Source: an uncultured virus (IMG/VR IMGVR_UViG_3300020599_000005) (taxonomy: Duplodnaviria; Heunggongvirae; Uroviricota; Caudoviricetes). Taken from it: DNA of 20,000 nt. The notes under the pieces are model-generated. The model was not told the DNA's origin. It worked only from the letters and a program-made list of their open reading frames with translations, and made no database searches. The DNA is taken from the IMG/VR virus record IMGVR_UViG_3300020599_000005. One strand, written 5' to 3'. Position 1 is the first letter of the stretch, and each line of letters starts with the position of its first letter. This document shows, in pieces, positions 1-7,830 of the stretch. The position numbers and the translations under genes were made by a program.

Positions 1-72
1 GGCTACTACATCGACTGGCCCTTGGTGGGGATCGTAACCATCATCGCCAAACGTGACTCTCAAGGAAACTGA
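1..72 (+). CDS. 3' end of an upstream gene (partial; ...GYYIDWPLVGIVTIIAKRDSQGN*)
   Basis: Frame 1 is open from base 1 to TGA at 70-72, ends 2 nt before the next ATG, and contains the AAGGA RBS of the next gene. Confidence 0.6.
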   Translation, partial: GYYIDWPLVGIVTIIAKRDSQGN

Positions 73-74
73 TC

Positions 75-1463
75 ATGCCCATCATGACGCAAAACGGTGC
101 GGTGCCGCCTAAGGACACCGCCATCGAACCGGTCAGAACGCAGTCAGCTGACTACGCTGGCGTGACGGTCGACACCAAAAAAGAAAACATGTCCTCGCTC
201 ACGACCTACCTGGCTGGGCAGTCGTGGAATGTGGACTATTACCGACAACTCATCAACAAGAACGATGGGCTGAACTCCCTGCAAGTCGGGTTGTCCAGTA
301 TCTATCAGCAGTACGAGTTGATCCGGGGGATGGAGCTTAAGGTCACCACCGCACTCAACAGTCCGTCCCAGGACACCGAGTCGGCGGAGATGATCCTGCA
401 AGGTGCGGCCAATGTCTACGGTGTGCTGCCCCCTAACCAAGGGGACATGTTCATCGCTGACATTGGTGACGGTCGGGAAGGTCTGTTCACTGTCACTGGT
501 GTGACCCGCAAGTCGATCTACCAGCAGTCGGCTCACGAGATCGAATACAAGGTCATCAGCTACAACACCACCCAAACTGCCCAGGACCTGAAGAAGAAGG
601 TACAGCGGACAGTTTACTTTGATCGTGACTACCTGCGACTGGGCTACAATCCCATGCTCACGGACGAAACCGTGCAGCTGCGTCGTCTGTTGGACGGTCA
701 CTATGCTCGTCTGCTGGCGATGTACTTCAATGACTTCTATAGCCGCGAAGTCAACACGCTGATCGTACCGGATCAGTCCAGGATCATTTACGATGCCTTC
801 ATCACGATGTTCCTGCGCAATATCCTGGGCACCGACGAGCATCCCTACCTGCGCCAGCTGCGTTCGCTCAACGTCTACAATGATCAGGCCATGTACGAGT
901 TTACTCTCTGGAACTGCCTGGAGCGGATGGATCTGACCATGGTGGGGCTAACCGCCCAGGAAATGGTCATCGTGCCAACCACGCACTTTGCGACAATGCC
1001 GATGTTTAACAGCATCTACTACTCGCGGTGCAATGCGGCGATCTACCCGAAGATGTACCCCACCAATGTGGACGCCACCCACCGGACCATTGCTCCTCAG
1101 CCGGACATCGTGCTCAAGCGAGGTACGGCACGGTACAAGGAACTGGATCGCCTGATCCGCGAAACTGAACTCATTACCCCCAATGCGTACGGACCACTTC
1201 ACACCGGTCAGCCGGCTGCCATCAAACGGGTCACCGTGGACGACTTCTATGTTTTTAGCGAAGACTTCTATCGGTATAACCCAGAGGTTGGCAGGTTGTC
1301 GCGTCTGGAGAAACTGACCCTGGACGCACTGCAAGGTGACGCGCTGGATCTGAAGGACTTGGAAGACCTGTGTGCCCATGCGCATGATTGGGACAACCTG
1401 GAGCGCTTCTACTACTTCCCGGTGCTGTTCGTCCTGCTAAAGGTATACCCACGAGGCTTGTAA
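75..1463 (+). CDS. Putative virion structural protein, phiKZ-like jumbo phage core gene (462 aa)
   Basis: Long ORF with AAGGA RBS and C-ending codon bias. Segments such as W.VDYY.Q, YQQY..I..MELKV, PN.GDMFIADIGDGR.GLF and W..LERFYY.P resemble phiKZ-family virion proteins from memory; not search-verified. Confidence 0.65.
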   Translation: MPIMTQNGAVPPKDTAIEPVRTQSADYAGVTVDTKKENMSSLTTYLAGQSWNVDYYRQLINKNDGLNSLQVGLSSIYQQYELIRGMELKVTTALNSPSQDTESAEMILQGAANVYGVLPPNQGDMFIADIGDGREGLFTVTGVTRKSIYQQSAHEIEYKVISYNTTQTAQDLKKKVQRTVYFDRDYLRLGYNPMLTDETVQLRRLLDGHYARLLAMYFNDFYSREVNTLIVPDQSRIIYDAFITMFLRNILGTDEHPYLRQLRSLNVYNDQAMYEFTLWNCLERMDLTMVGLTAQEMVIVPTTHFATMPMFNSIYYSRCNAAIYPKMYPTNVDATHRTIAPQPDIVLKRGTARYKELDRLIRETELITPNAYGPLHTGQPAAIKRVTVDDFYVFSEDFYRYNPEVGRLSRLEKLTLDALQGDALDLKDLEDLCAHAHDWDNLERFYYFPVLFVLLKVYPRGL

Positions 1464-1464
1464 C

Positions 1465-2079
1465 ATGGTGATGCGAGAACTTTCTTCCGAAGAGGTAGCC
1501 AAGCGTCAGACGGCTGCCTGGAAGCTCACCCACACGAACTGGCGCTTTAGTGTGCCGATGTACCAGTTCAAAACCCAGGAGTATTTCGACAGTGTCGGAG
1601 TGGGGGTTTCGGGTGATAAAGCCATCGATAAAGAGGCACTCAAACAACGCGTGGAGACCTCCGAGACATTGCTGGAGATCGCCAGACGGCATGAGCAAGA
1701 CCATGACATCCGTCTGGCTAATCCTAAAGACTCGGTGGGGATGTATGAGATCCTACGGGAGCACCTGGATAATTGGGCTAAGGGTTTGCGGGATGACCGT
1801 AACCTGGATGTCGATGAGCAGACCCTGGATGAACTGGAGATGCTGGACCAATTGGCAGCGGATGTCTATCAGATCGCCCGGCGGTACAAGCCCAACATCC
1901 AGGAGCGTAAGTCCATCGTCAACCGCCTCAAGAACCTGGGTGGCGGCATCACTCGTAAAAGCACCTTCCTGGATCGTGCTGCGGAGAAACCCAAGGAAGA
2001 TACTCGTCCTAAGGAACACACCCGCATGTACGATTTCATGGTCGAGGAACTGGAACGCCGTCGTGGGGGTAGGAGATAA
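1465..2079 (+). CDS. Conserved hypothetical jumbo-phage protein (204 aa)
   Basis: ORF packed between two structural-type genes (1 nt and 3 nt gaps); charged, helical composition. Confidence 0.7.
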   Translation: MVMRELSSEEVAKRQTAAWKLTHTNWRFSVPMYQFKTQEYFDSVGVGVSGDKAIDKEALKQRVETSETLLEIARRHEQDHDIRLANPKDSVGMYEILREHLDNWAKGLRDDRNLDVDEQTLDELEMLDQLAADVYQIARRYKPNIQERKSIVNRLKNLGGGITRKSTFLDRAAEKPKEDTRPKEHTRMYDFMVEELERRRGGRR

Positions 2080-2082
2080 GTC

Positions 2083-3489
2083 ATGGACCTGGAACAGACG
2101 ACACTGGTCAATGAAGTCGGTTTGATCCTGAACCAGGCTGCCAAACCTGTGCACTACTACTGGGAGGCTGCTATTATCGCCGGTGGGCAGGTATATCCTG
2201 CCTACAAGGTGATGAGCATCGACGTGCGTCGAGATTACGCCAACAACTACGCTGACCAGATCATGATCGAACTGTACATCGGTGGTGGTACCTATGCACG
2301 GAACATCGTGCCGTATAAGGAGGACCTTAAAGTCCTGCTGGTGCGTAATCCCATCGGCGAGGTAAACAACGGTGTCAGACCTGAAGAAGGGATTTTCCAT
2401 CAGACCTTCCGGGGTACGCTGCTCCAGAAAGACCAGCCTGCTACCGCGGGCGATGACCCCTTGATGACGGCTGACCCAGTAGTGGGTGATCTGGTCAGCA
2501 TGCGGCGTATCCAAATCCAGTTACAGGACTTGTCACTGGAACAGATACGCCTGATCACAGTAGGCACCGTGGTGGGTAACTGCAAGCCCGCTGATCCGAT
2601 CTTGTATTTCCTGAGTCAGGCCGGTAAGTCGATCAACGTGGATAAGGAGAACCAGATCCGCGGTGTAACGATGATCCCGGCCAATAATCAGGAGGTGCAG
2701 GATCACATCGTCATTCCTCAGCAGACTTCGTTGTTGGAACTGCCTGACTATATCCAGAATGTGTGCTGTGGAGTGTACAACGCAGGGCTTGGTTTTTATC
2801 TACAAAAACAGATGTGGTATGTGTGGCCGCTATATGACCTCACGCGGTTTGATACGTACCAGCAGACGGTCACCGTCATCGTGGTACCGAAGAACCGTCT
2901 GAACAGTGTTGAGCGCACGTATCGCACCACGGCCAACCAAGTCATCATCTTGGGTACGGGGGGTGCACGACACGTCGATGCCACCGAGGATGCTATCGCC
3001 AACCAGGGTAACGGTGTGCGGTTTGCTGACTCGAGAAAGATGCTGGAGAGCTTTGCTGAAGTGAAAGGGAATAAGGCGGTGGCCAAACGTTCCTACAACA
3101 ACAGCGAGTTCGTAGGGATTAATCGGGCCAGTGGCCTGAATAACATCCCCAACGGTGGCTTTAACAACAACATCTACTACGAGACCAGTCAACTGGCTAG
3201 CCGTAAAGGTTCGATCATCGAAGTGATATGGCAGAACAGTGAGCCTGATTTGATCACCCCCGATAAGCCATTCCAGGTGATCGTTGCCAAAGATGGGCTA
3301 CCGCAGATCATGCGCGCCACCGTACTGGGCACGCACACGTACATCGACGGTGGCGACAACGGCATAAAGAACAACCGCCACATGAGCAAGACGTCGATCT
3401 GGCTCTTCGTGGATAAGGACCTGCCAGAACTCAAGGAATTCGAGGCCACTACCAAGGTCGATCAATACAGTTCGCCGTTGCCCATTTAA
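2083..3489 (+). CDS. Putative virion structural protein, possibly baseplate hub-like (468 aa)
   Basis: AGGAG RBS; beta-rich composition. Motifs RDY.NNYAD, GVYN.GLG.Y.Q...WYVWPLYD and ERTYR recall phiKZ-family tail/baseplate proteins. The hub assignment is inference. Confidence 0.6.
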   Translation: MDLEQTTLVNEVGLILNQAAKPVHYYWEAAIIAGGQVYPAYKVMSIDVRRDYANNYADQIMIELYIGGGTYARNIVPYKEDLKVLLVRNPIGEVNNGVRPEEGIFHQTFRGTLLQKDQPATAGDDPLMTADPVVGDLVSMRRIQIQLQDLSLEQIRLITVGTVVGNCKPADPILYFLSQAGKSINVDKENQIRGVTMIPANNQEVQDHIVIPQQTSLLELPDYIQNVCCGVYNAGLGFYLQKQMWYVWPLYDLTRFDTYQQTVTVIVVPKNRLNSVERTYRTTANQVIILGTGGARHVDATEDAIANQGNGVRFADSRKMLESFAEVKGNKAVAKRSYNNSEFVGINRASGLNNIPNGGFNNNIYYETSQLASRKGSIIEVIWQNSEPDLITPDKPFQVIVAKDGLPQIMRATVLGTHTYIDGGDNGIKNNRHMSKTSIWLFVDKDLPELKEFEATTKVDQYSSPLPI

Positions 3490-3503
3490 ACGGATCACAG
3501 TGC

Positions 3504-3512
3504 TACATTATC
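3504..3512 (+). promoter_or_regulatory. TACATTATC motif, candidate phage-RNAP early promoter (copy 1)
   Basis: Intergenic; same 9-mer at 10665 and 16899; resembles the phiKZ early promoter consensus TATATTAC. Confidence 0.45.
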
Positions 3513-3529
3513 GACTTGATCAAGGATTG

Positions 3530-3560
3530 GGGAGAGGGCGTAAGCTCTCTCCCTATGCCG
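3530..3560 (+). terminator. GC hairpin with TATGCCG foot
   Basis: GGGAGAGGGC-GTAA-GCTCTCTCCC (one G.U pair, GNRA loop) followed by TATGCCG, after the structural block. Confidence 0.6.
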
Positions 3561-3585
3561 GTTAACCGAGGCTACGGAGGTAGCT

Positions 3586-4245
3586 ATGGAATCCAAACCG
3601 CTAGGGGAGAGTAGAGCAAAAGCCGGACAACTGCTATCCCTTTACGTGGAGAGTGAGACGCTACCCCTCTCCGCCACGCTGTACGTGCTCAAGGACTTTA
3701 ACTTGAGTGAAGAAATGGCCAACTATTTCGAGGCCAACCGTAATGAACGTTCTGAATCGGCAATGGGTTTGTTCACTGAGTACCTGAAACATAAAGGGTT
3801 GGTGGAAGAGCCTTACAGTGAGATCATGGTGATCGGACAGGCCGGTCGGCCACCCAGACGGATGATCAATGAATGGAAGTTTCGCAGGAACCCGACGATG
3901 TTCCTCATGGAACGCATCCACCGCATGTTGCACACGGCCAGTCTGTATCTCTTCACCCACGACGGTACTTACCTGATCCTATTGGACCACGGACAGTGTC
4001 CTGAAGAGGTTATCCTGGAGATTTCCCACAAAGGGGAGCCTTTGGGGCGAGTGCATCTGGATGTCATGTCCGATACACCTAAGCGTGTTAAGATAAACAA
4101 CGAGGATCTTAATCGCATCAGCACTGTGGTGCAAAAGGCCCTTATCGAGAAATTCCCCAAAGAGGAACTGACTGTTAGCCGCATCTGGCCCCACTTCTCC
4201 AGCACTACCAAACGATTTGAACTGGTTTCTGCCCAACCTGCGTAG
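3586..4245 (+). CDS. Hypothetical protein (219 aa)
   Basis: Strong GGAGGT RBS, ATG start; no recognised motif. Confidence 0.75.
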   Translation: MESKPLGESRAKAGQLLSLYVESETLPLSATLYVLKDFNLSEEMANYFEANRNERSESAMGLFTEYLKHKGLVEEPYSEIMVIGQAGRPPRRMINEWKFRRNPTMFLMERIHRMLHTASLYLFTHDGTYLILLDHGQCPEEVILEISHKGEPLGRVHLDVMSDTPKRVKINNEDLNRISTVVQKALIEKFPKEELTVSRIWPHFSSTTKRFELVSAQPA

Positions 4246-4251
4246 GTCATC

Positions 4252-4968
4252 ATGATACAGATAGAGATCACGACTCAGTGTAACCTCACGTGCTTTTATT
4301 GCACGGGTCGTCACATGGAGCAGAAGCAGATGGACATGGACGTCTTCAAGGATATCGTGACTGACCTGCTACCGGGTACTCTCGTTCATCTGCAAGGTGA
4401 AGGCGAACCCCTGCTTCATCCGCGATTTGGAGAGATGGTGGATCTCTGTACCCGTCTGCGCCTTAACATCAGTACCACGACCAATGGCACCATCCCTTTT
4501 GATATCAACAAGGTAAACAACTTTCACGTAAGCCTGGATACCTTGGACCCGGAAGTCGCTGAAACGATAGGGCGACATCACTTGGATAAAACCCTGCGGA
4601 ATCTGGAGACCTGGATCAAACAGGATAGAAGGAAACTGTGTATCCGCATTACTGATCATGGACAAGAACTGCGTAGCGTGTACGCCTATTGCAATGCACG
4701 TAACTTACGGTACGAAGTCCAGAAACTTAACAACAAGGAGGAATACGGAGTCTGCTACCCGGTTAAGGTGGTGGAGGAACAGAAAACACGTAAACCCAGC
4801 TGCCATTTTGTCCGCACGGGATTTAAGTATTACACCGTGGATGGACACAGGCTGCCGTGCTGTTTCATTAAATTCCCCAAACAAACGCTGGGAGAGATTC
4901 TCGCCGACTTCCAGGAGGGTAACGTACCCTCCAGCTGTCGCGGCTGTCCCATGCTGCGTTACTATTGA
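4252..4968 (+). CDS. Radical SAM protein with C-terminal Cys cluster (twitch/SPASM-like)
   Basis: IEITTQCNLTCFYC (CxxxCxxC), GEGEPLLHP, TTNG, VSLD; C-terminal SCHF...VDG..LPCC...CRGC. Confidence 0.9.
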   Translation: MIQIEITTQCNLTCFYCTGRHMEQKQMDMDVFKDIVTDLLPGTLVHLQGEGEPLLHPRFGEMVDLCTRLRLNISTTTNGTIPFDINKVNNFHVSLDTLDPEVAETIGRHHLDKTLRNLETWIKQDRRKLCIRITDHGQELRSVYAYCNARNLRYEVQKLNNKEEYGVCYPVKVVEEQKTRKPSCHFVRTGFKYYTVDGHRLPCCFIKFPKQTLGEILADFQEGNVPSSCRGCPMLRYY

Positions 4969-4982
4969 TAAGGACTATAGGT

Positions 4983-5522
4983 ATGGAACCTAAACTGGGC
5001 CTCATTGTGGCAGCAACGCCCCAAGGACATATCGGTTATAAGAACGGGATTCCGTGGGTTCTCAAGGGCGATCTGGCCAACTTCAAGAGCCTGACGCTGG
5101 GTCAGGTGGTCATCATGGGTAGCAATACCTATGAGTCGCTTCCCAATGCCCCTCTCCCCAACCGCGTGAACATCGTGGTGGGTAAACGGTACCATGGTCA
5201 CTCAGGTTTTCTCGATGAAGACCTGGGGCTGTACACTGCACCGACCCTGGGAGATGCGATCGAACTGGCTAAGCGCTTTGCTACCGACTGGATTTACTTC
5301 ATCGGTGGCGTTCGTATCTACGAGGAGGCTTTGCCGCTAGTTGAAGTTGCTCACGTAACCCTGGTGCACAAACAGGGAGAGTACGACACCCAAATCAACA
5401 ACCTCAATTTTCCGGTCTCGTTATGGTCGCTTGATAGCAACCACGTGACGGTGTTCGACACCGATCCAGAGATTGGTCTTCCCATCCCCTCTCACACTTA
5501 CCTCACGTATCGTCGCAAGTAA
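4983..5522 (+). CDS. folA: Dihydrofolate reductase
   Basis: LIVA...IG..NGIPW.L.GDLANFK.LT.G.VVIMG..TYESLP..PLPNR.NIVV and FIGG..IY. Start moved to ATG 4983 (AAGGA RBS at 4970-4974). Confidence 0.92.
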   Translation: MEPKLGLIVAATPQGHIGYKNGIPWVLKGDLANFKSLTLGQVVIMGSNTYESLPNAPLPNRVNIVVGKRYHGHSGFLDEDLGLYTAPTLGDAIELAKRFATDWIYFIGGVRIYEEALPLVEVAHVTLVHKQGEYDTQINNLNFPVSLWSLDSNHVTVFDTDPEIGLPIPSHTYLTYRRK

Positions 5523-5573
5523 TTTTGTAATGCTGCGTGTAGTGGTATAGAGGGCAAGCAAGGAGATACACCC

Positions 5574-6185
5574 TTGGATAAGCTCAGCGTAGAAACTATC
5601 GCAGCGATCTGTCATGATGCCAACCGCCGTCTTGCTCTGGCAAACGGCGATTCGGAAGTGCTGCCTGGTTGGGATGAACTGACCGATGAGCAGAAGCAAG
5701 TCTCGGTCCGTGGCGTGGAGTTTCGCGTCAACAACCCCGATGGCAGTGCTGCCGAGAGTCACGAAAACTGGCGGCAAGGTCTGTTGGCAGATGGCTGGCA
5801 ATACGGCGAAACCCTCGACAAGGAAAACAAGGTGCACAACCTCCTGGTCGACTACAGCGAACTGCCCGAAGCTGACCGTGCCAAGGACGCTCTGTTCGTG
5901 GGCATCGTCGATGCACTGAAGCCCTACCTGGGCACTCAGGTCTCGACCGAGAACGAAGACCTCATGACCCAGGAAGAGCCGGACGAGGAGACTCGCAATG
6001 GCATCGTCATCGAGTCTGATGGTACCGGCGATCAGGACGCTCTAGCAGACGCCCTGAAAGCCATCGAAGACAACGGCCAAGGGGAAGGCGCGGCCAAGCT
6101 GACCGAGCAGTACCCCAACGCCGGTAAAGGCAGCGATGAGCTGCAAGCACCGAAAGATGACGGCTGCGTAGTCGGGTCGATGTAA
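5574..6185 (+). CDS. RyR (ryanodine receptor repeat) domain protein with acidic C-terminal tail
   Basis: IAAICH.ANR...SHENW...LADGWQYGE.LD...K.H.LLV.Y.ELPE..R.KD matches the RyR domain pattern; TTG start with AAGGAG RBS. Confidence 0.8.
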   Translation: MDKLSVETIAAICHDANRRLALANGDSEVLPGWDELTDEQKQVSVRGVEFRVNNPDGSAAESHENWRQGLLADGWQYGETLDKENKVHNLLVDYSELPEADRAKDALFVGIVDALKPYLGTQVSTENEDLMTQEEPDEETRNGIVIESDGTGDQDALADALKAIEDNGQGEGAAKLTEQYPNAGKGSDELQAPKDDGCVVGSM

Positions 6186-6339
6186 TCCTCCTGACTATTC
6201 CGCCCATCAAACTTCGACCTCCAGTTGCTGTGCACCCTACCTACTAACAGTTGGCAGACGTAGCCCAGAATCAAGGCCTCTGGACAAGAAGACCCCATGT
6301 CACTCCCTCCATCGGGTGACATGCCATCGTGGACCATGC

Positions 6340-6368
6340 ACGGGGAGGCGACTCCCCGTTGTATGCCC
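6340..6368 (+). terminator. GC hairpin with TATGCCC foot
   Basis: ACGGGGAG-GCGA-CTCCCCGT then TG-TATGCCC. Confidence 0.6.
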
Positions 6369-6395
6369 TATCCGTAAAACAAGGAGAATCGCTCT

Positions 6396-6674
6396 ATGCC
6401 CGTTACTCTGCGCGATGCCGTGGACGAGAAAACCAGACTGCGTCTGAGAACCGAAGTGACCAAACACGTCCCGCCGGCTAAGCCGACGCTTGACAAATCG
6501 ATCCTGGCCAATGGCCCTGTCCAATACAAGACCGTGCGTGCTGGTCGTACCAGTCATGCGTGGCTGGTGGAGATCAAGAAAGACGACGTGGTGCTCAAGG
6601 ATGACCTGGACCGCAAGGACAGTTACACCCTGGGCATGACCAAGTTCCTGAAGTTCTACGTGCGCGCTGACTGA
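6396..6674 (+). CDS. Small basic hypothetical protein (92 aa)
   Basis: AAGGAG RBS, ATG start, biased codons, flanked by hairpins. Confidence 0.75.
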   Translation: MPVTLRDAVDEKTRLRLRTEVTKHVPPAKPTLDKSILANGPVQYKTVRAGRTSHAWLVEIKKDDVVLKDDLDRKDSYTLGMTKFLKFYVRAD

Positions 6675-6706
6675 CGGCATAGACGGGGAGCTTCGGCTCC
6701 CCGTCT
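6675..6706. terminator. GC hairpin with 5' CGGCATA foot
   Basis: CGGCATA then AGACGGGGAGC-TTCG-GCTCCCCGTCT (cUUCGg tetraloop), directly after the stop codon. Confidence 0.65.
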
Positions 6707-6730
6707 TAATCCGTCTCTAAGGAGTCATCT

Positions 6731-7606
6731 GTGAGTAAGTCGTTGATCCTGTTCTCAGGGGGGCTGGATTCTACCTACCTGCTGTGGAGTCGCTTGCAGG
6801 CAGGGTATATGACTCAAGGTTTGTTATACGTCGGGGATGCTAAGTCCCATGGCATCAAAGCCGAAGCCGAACTCTGGGCTCAGGACCGTATTCTGGTCTG
6901 GTTAAAGAAACAATTCCCAACTTTTGCCTTTATCCCAGAATGGCCGACCAACAAGGTGCAGTTCGGTGGAGCCGAGGACGTCAAGTTTGGTCAACCTTTC
7001 CCTTGGCTGATCGCTGCCATGGAACGGGTTAACGAACGTTACTGCGAGGTCGCCATCGGGTACGTCCTGGGCGATCAAATCACCCAACACCTGACTGACC
7101 TGCAAACGGCATGGAACGCTGTGTGGAAGTTTACCAAACACGGTGACACTGTCCCGTTGACATTCCCACTGCGATATTGCACCAAGGAGCGCATTCTCAC
7201 TGAGATACCCTTGGAGCTGTACGAACTCACCTGGGTGTGCGAACGTCCCATCGACGTCTTGCGTACCTACGGCGATTTCGAACCGGGGATGCACCCTTAC
7301 CTTCCGTGTGGTAAGTGCGTTCCTTGTATTACTAGAAAACTAGAGGAGCACCGTTTTAAACTCACTCATGGCGTTACCCTGCGCCAGTATCATTACGACA
7401 AAATCAAGGAGAAGAGAGATGACTCTCATCAACCGCGACGCGATCCTGCTCAAGTTACAGAACCTGAAGAACGCCAAGTCGGCTCCGATCAGTGTGGAGA
7501 TCACCCTGCTGGCGGAGGAGCCACTGTACATCTGGATCACCAAAGACGGGACGACGTACAGCAAGCATGCGCTCAAACGGTGGTTGGGTGTGCTGGAACC
7601 CGGTGA
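6731..7606 (+). CDS. QueC-like PP-loop ATPase with zinc motif (divergent 7-cyano-7-deazaguanine synthase family)
   Basis: LILFSGGLDST PP-loop, FPL...K..I, TWVCERP...CGKCVPCITR zinc site; GTG start with AAGGAG RBS. The last ~62 codons overlap the next gene. Confidence 0.75.
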   Translation: MSKSLILFSGGLDSTYLLWSRLQAGYMTQGLLYVGDAKSHGIKAEAELWAQDRILVWLKKQFPTFAFIPEWPTNKVQFGGAEDVKFGQPFPWLIAAMERVNERYCEVAIGYVLGDQITQHLTDLQTAWNAVWKFTKHGDTVPLTFPLRYCTKERILTEIPLELYELTWVCERPIDVLRTYGDFEPGMHPYLPCGKCVPCITRKLEEHRFKLTHGVTLRQYHYDKIKEKRDDSHQPRRDPAQVTEPEERQVGSDQCGDHPAGGGATVHLDHQRRDDVQQACAQTVVGCAGTR

Positions 7607-7775
7607 GCGATTGCTGGGTTGGTCGGATGAACCCGAGCACGAACAGATCGCCGTGCATCACCTGTACCTGCTCGAAGATGAGCAGGAAGGTCTGGTAACG
7701 TTCGCCACCGATGAATGGCCCATCGGCTTCCGGGCAGTGATTGGCAGTGAGGTCCTGGAAGAACTCGAGGCGTAA
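7419..7775 (+). CDS. Hypothetical protein (118 aa)
   Basis: ATG 7419 with AAGGAG at 7406-7411; typical codon usage; overlaps the QueC-like tail by 188 nt. Confidence 0.7.
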   Translation: MTLINRDAILLKLQNLKNAKSAPISVEITLLAEEPLYIWITKDGTTYSKHALKRWLGVLEPGERLLGWSDEPEHEQIAVHHLYLLEDEQEGLVTFATDEWPIGFRAVIGSEVLEELEA

Positions 7776-7794
7776 TCATTCCAGTGTTTGCGTA

Positions 7795-7830
7795 GGGTTT
7801 CCTCAAATTTTATGATTTGCTAGGAAACCC
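7795..7830. other. Intergenic stem-loop
   Basis: GGGTTTCCT-CAAAT...ATTTG-CT-AGGAAACCC with TTTATG in the loop. Confidence 0.45.

Noticed and set aside
4252..4968. Calling the radical SAM protein QueE
   Set aside because: It lacks the QueE N-terminal F.S.QGEG / F.R..GC...C..CDT pattern and has an extra C-terminal Cys cluster
6360..6395. Possible preQ1 riboswitch (AAAACAAGGAG tail near a QueC-like gene)
   Set aside because: No P1 stem/loop with the preQ1-I consensus precedes the A-rich tail, and it lies before the 92-aa gene rather than the QueC-like gene
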